Under the pieces are notes generated by a model that was given only the letters and a program-made list of their open reading frames with translations, did no database searches and was not told the origin of the DNA. A DNA stretch of 64,000 bases, taken from the NCBI GenBank assembly GCA_963693365.1, contig CAVNZM010000001.1, positions 4,232,907 to 4,296,906 on the forward strand, given 5' to 3'. The stretch is from Amoebidium appalachense. Lineage: Eukaryota; Protista; Ichthyosporea. Of the stretch, positions 31,398 through 64,000 are shown piece by piece. The position numbers and the translations under genes are program-made. Numbering within the stretch: the stretch's first letter is position 1; each line of letters starts with the position of its first letter.

Positions 31398-31437
<40 letters not shown>

Positions 31438-31903
31438 GGGGAGGGGGGCCTAGATTTAAAGGCTCGGGTGCACGGGCGATTTCATGATAAGATTCACACT
31501 GCTCACCGACTAGTATCCGGATGGCACAAGTAAGGGTATCTAATTGGTCTTAGTATCCGGTGTTTGTCTTATCTTGGGATTTACTAATTATATAGTGCGC
31601 GTGTTGCCCTCGAGTTTGAGGGCTAGGAGGGCGGGGGGCCCAAGGGGTTGGGGGATGGGGTGGTTTTACAGCTGCTGGGACGTGCAACAGCGGCCAATGA
31701 AAATGACAATCTTCTTCATCAATTTTATTGGCATGAATTTGCTGGCAATATTGCAGCATTTGGGAGTCGGACAACTGAGCGTTTATGACTTCCTGATGTA
31801 CATGTGCATATGCAATAAACATAATGACCTTGGCCTCCTGAATATTCATACAGTTATACAGTAGTATAACCCCTTCATCCAGGTTTCAACTTTCAAACGA
31901 CAG

Positions 31904-32417
31904 TTATGCTAAAGAGCTGCCTAAAAAATCTGATGGATTCGCGACATAACAGAAAAATCCCATTCGTGCATAAACAGCATCCAAACAAGTACTCATTTCA
32001 CCCTCAGAACCACCAACCTCTTCTTCACCAGGCTTTCCATTCATTTCCAACACATCATCATTGCATCTATTCTCACTACTTCTAAACTCGCACAAATGAA
32101 GTTTTTCACTCCCCCACCCCGGAATTCTCCATGCCACCGAGACAACCAATGCGCCTCTACCGAGTGCCTTTAACAGTATTGTGTCTCTGATCAGTCCCAA
32201 GGCCTCAGGGAGCAGATAGCAGATAATGACTGTGGCCCCATTGGTGTCTGTGGCCGTGATGTCTTGGTGGCGAAACACCACACGGTCTGATACGCCCTGT
32301 GTGCACGGCAAACCCTCTGAGTAACAACTCATGCCAGCACCCCGTCTCCGACACACACACATACACACACTCATGCACACACACACACAACCACACATGC
32401 ACACACGCACGCGCACA

Positions 32418-32449
<32 letters not shown>

Positions 32450-32600
32450 AAAAAAGAATAAATATAAAAATAAAATAAAATAAAACAAAATAAAAATAAA
32501 ACGGAAACACAAACTGCAACAAAAACAAGAAAAAAACGAAACCAATAAAAAGCAGCCCCCCCCCCCCCCCCCCCCCCCCCCACCCACCCGCCCCTCTCGC

Positions 32601-32634
<34 letters not shown>

Positions 32635-32639
32635 CAAAG

Positions 32640-32679
<40 letters not shown>

Positions 32680-34368
32680 ACAATTAAAAACAATTGACCA
32701 AATATACTCAAGTGGCAAGAAAAAAAAGGGCGGGGGAGGGGAAGAGGAAGGGGAGCCTTGCTAACGACCTCCAGTTCATCAAACAATGTCTCAACATTCA
32801 CCCGGTGTATAGTAAATCACAGTACCGCACACATGTTTGTACAACCACGGCACGTGCATGCGTATCTTAACACAATCTACCAAATAAAAAGAGACACCCA
32901 CCATTTCCGCAGCACATATTACAGCTTCAGTCAGTAGAGTATCATTCAGGTCCACCCCCAATCCCCTTACGTAAGGTAGCTCTTTGGCCAGCCGGCAAAG
33001 CACCCGGCCATCACCACACCCCAAGTCTATGATGTAACCTGCAAACCCCACCACATCAGTAACACAGGAAAAGGCTCAAACAAAAACGTTTACACCAATG
33101 TGCACACGCACATAGATCACACACGTGTCACACATACACACAAATACAACACACGCACATGCACTTACACACACCCCAAACCCTACCACCCACCCACACC
33201 CAGCAAGTGCGGGCAAGCCCGCGCCTGCACATACACACAGGCACAAAGTATCTACATGCACACAAGCACACACGCACAGAAATCTGCCCCCTCCCTCACC
33301 CCCCTCCCCCCCCGTTCTCCTCCATCTCCTCTTCCTCTCCCTCCCTCCCCTCTCTTCTCCATCTGGCTAGTGCGCATTCTATGCGCCTACTTACATACCT
33401 GTGCAGCGAGGAGTAAAAAGGCAAAAATAAACGTGTGTGTGCATGCACGTGTATGTGAGCGCACTCCGGGTCCTGTGCTACAGAAGTACCAAGGGATAAA
33501 GAGCAGCTGAAAACCCGGCACGGAACCCCCCCCCCCCCCCCCCGAGGGGGGGAGGAGGAGGGGAGGGAAGGGGGGGGGGGGGGGGGGGGGGGGGCTGGAC
33601 TCTGGGAAAGGAATGCGGGATGATTGGAGCGCCAGGATTGAGGGTAAGGGGAGCACATATTCTTCAAAGTAACCCCGGCACACATGCAGTGGAGTTTTCA
33701 AACAAAATACAGCTTAACCAAGCAAAAGTGCAGCCGGGGGGGGGGGGGGGAGGGGAGGGGGAAAGGGGGGGGGGGGGGGGGAGGGGGGGAGAGAGCAGGG
33801 GCGGGGAGAGAGGGCGGGGGATTCAATAAGAAGCTTAATTCTTTGTTGTCTTACCCGACTCTTTGGTCCGTTTTCTGAGGAAATTAACGACATGGTCGAG
33901 AACATCATCCGGGGTGGGCCTCCAAGGGCTAACGTAGCCTTGTGCCTGTTCACGCACACAAGATTAGGATGAGTGGAGTTATTACTGTAGCAGGGGTGTT
34001 TATCGGATCTCAGGAGCAGCTCCGATCCAGGCCATCCTCACACGAAAGAAAATACTAGTCACAAAGCCAACCAACAAGCCTATACCTTTTATTACGCGAA
34101 TTAACCAACCATGTTTCTGGCTTCAAACCTATCTCTGCACACGTCCCCATTCCCCCTTTACCGCCTGTGCCTTGGTTGATCTATGCACCTAACTTGGAAA
34201 GCTCGTGCAAAGAACCGTCGAAGTTAAACGGTTGTATGTGTCTTTATGCAGAAGGCGAAGACCTACCCAGTTATACGAGAAGAGTTTTTTCGTCTTTGTG
34301 GGGCAGCTTGCGTGCCAGGGGTTTTCCCTGTCTATGCCCTCACAGTCCTCCTCGTGCATACCGGACAT
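31904..34368 (-). CDS. Class I SAM-dependent methyltransferase, FAM173 (ANTKMT/ATPSCKMT)-like, ~240 aa, 4 exons
   Basis: Exons 34368-34267, 33945-33855, 33038-32902 and 32296-31904 join in phase. Motifs: SPWRPTPDDVL, motif I IIDLGCGDGRVL, GLGVDL, QDI, ATVIICYLLP, VVSVAWRIPGW. Confidence 0.87.
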
Positions 34369-34799
34369 ATGGCTGTTGGGCAGCCAGGAGGGAAAAAAAA
34401 TCTAGTGTAGTAGTTTTTGATGCAAGTAGTGGGACGGTTGGCTTTCAGATCCTCTTTCGTTTTTGCTGAATCGCCCAGCTGCTTTTTCTTAAATATTATT
34501 TTCTTTCTTATGTTTATGTTGTAGCTACCAATGACGGTGGGAGTTCGAATGTTCCTGGGATACAAGTGTTGTTGATGCAACAAGCAGACACACTGGGGCT
34601 ATAGCTAAATGGGTAGCTAGAGCACCGTGAACAAACGGTTCTGACTGTCACTGCCGCACTAAGTTCAGTCAGGACAGCAGCTGTTTTTTTGACTCTCTGT
34701 TGCAGCCATGAGCCAGTATGGCTCAAGCAAATCACAAACTCAAACAGCCAATCGTAAATCTGCAAGGTTAAAACGCCTTTTTTGGCATATTTCGGCTTT

Positions 34800-35190
34800 C
34801 TGATTGGGTTTAAGCAACGGCAATTAAGGCTTCAAAGAAACGCTATATCTTCTGAACCATTGGTTTAACTTTTCTAAAACTTTTTAAAATAACGTAACTA
34901 TTGGTACACTTAAGTTTAGGACTCAGCTTTACAACCAAAGTCACGTGCTTTACAGGTCTACACGAAGGGAGGGCCAAAAGACTTGGAATTTTCTCCTCGA
35001 GAGCGATTCTGATCGTTGCATGGAACCGATGACGTCATCCAGATTATGCGACAGATGACGAAAAAACTGCGACAAACTGCGGACCAATGGTTACCCCTGG
35101 AATTACGTATTAGATAGAACACGCTTGATTGGCTCTCTGCGTATCGGCATTCATATTTAAATGATACGAAGCCAATCGCTAGGCGCACTG
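34800..35190. promoter_or_regulatory. Bidirectional promoter between the methyltransferase and the LYST-like gene
   Basis: Several CCAAT/ATTGG boxes, CACGTG (~34942) and TGACGTCA (35030-35037) between divergent genes. Confidence 0.55.
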
Positions 35191-35679
35191 TGATCCTATA
35201 CCAACCAGCCTTAGCCGAATTTTAAAGTGGGGGGATCTGCCAAGCAAAGATTCGATGTTCAAGTTTGGATCTTGCTGATGGCTCACAAGATAAATTAGAT
35301 ATGGTTATATAAGGCAAAATGATTGGTGATGTTGAAATACATGTTGTAATTGGTTTACAAGGCATCACCTTACGTAAGCTGGTGCGCCTGAATTTCTCTT
35401 GGGAGTCCCACAGCTTGGTGAGCCGTGTAAGCCGGACCGTAACGTTCAAAGTTGTCGCGGTACTCAGTGTGTGCTGTGTGGGCGTGTGGTACACGGTACG
35501 AATGTAGTATTTAGTATTGGTTTTATTCCTGCTCTAACAGCATTACCATAAGAGGGAAACACACATACAAATTCCAAGACCTCACCTGAACGGGACCATT
35601 TCTGTCACAAGATTCGTGCTGAAACACAAAGCAGGGCCCCGGTGAAAGATGCCTCCCAACTTGCTATCACTAGCGTAAA

Positions 35680-64000
<28,321 letters not shown>

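Noticed and set aside
31449-31560. Possible Helitron or element end (CTAGT, 10-bp direct repeat TAGTATCCGG)
   Set aside because: No convincing subterminal hairpin or matching other end; too short to distinguish from chance.

Overview
Eukaryotic, intron-rich genomic DNA. The gene set suggests a unicellular holozoan or other protist, but the sequence alone does not fix the taxon. Almost all ORFs in the supplied track are artefacts of poly(C)/poly(G), (CA)n and (CT)n tracts. Exons were spliced by hand, giving these genes in order: (1) the last exon of an EMC10-like gene (+); (2) a MYND zinc-finger membrane protein (-); (3) a 14-exon YtcJ/Amidohydro_3 metallo-amidohydrolase (-); (4) head-to-head with it, a 13-exon amidase-signature enzyme (+); (5) an intronless 413-aa orphan ORF (+); (6) a 4-exon FAM173-like methyltransferase (-); (7) head-to-head with it, the 5' ~28 kb of a LYST/BEACH-family gene (+) that runs off the window. 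The most unusual signal is a hairpin-rich, non-coding ~395-bp dispersed element with about 13 copies. It has one fixed end (...CCGCATTCAAA) that abuts a C run, is truncated to varying lengths at the other end, lies sense to host transcription, and one copy has a clear 19-bp target-site duplication. It looks like a poly(C)-targeting SINE-like retroposon. Also notable are an apparent GT-CG intron and an intron layout with C runs after donors and CA repeats before acceptors.
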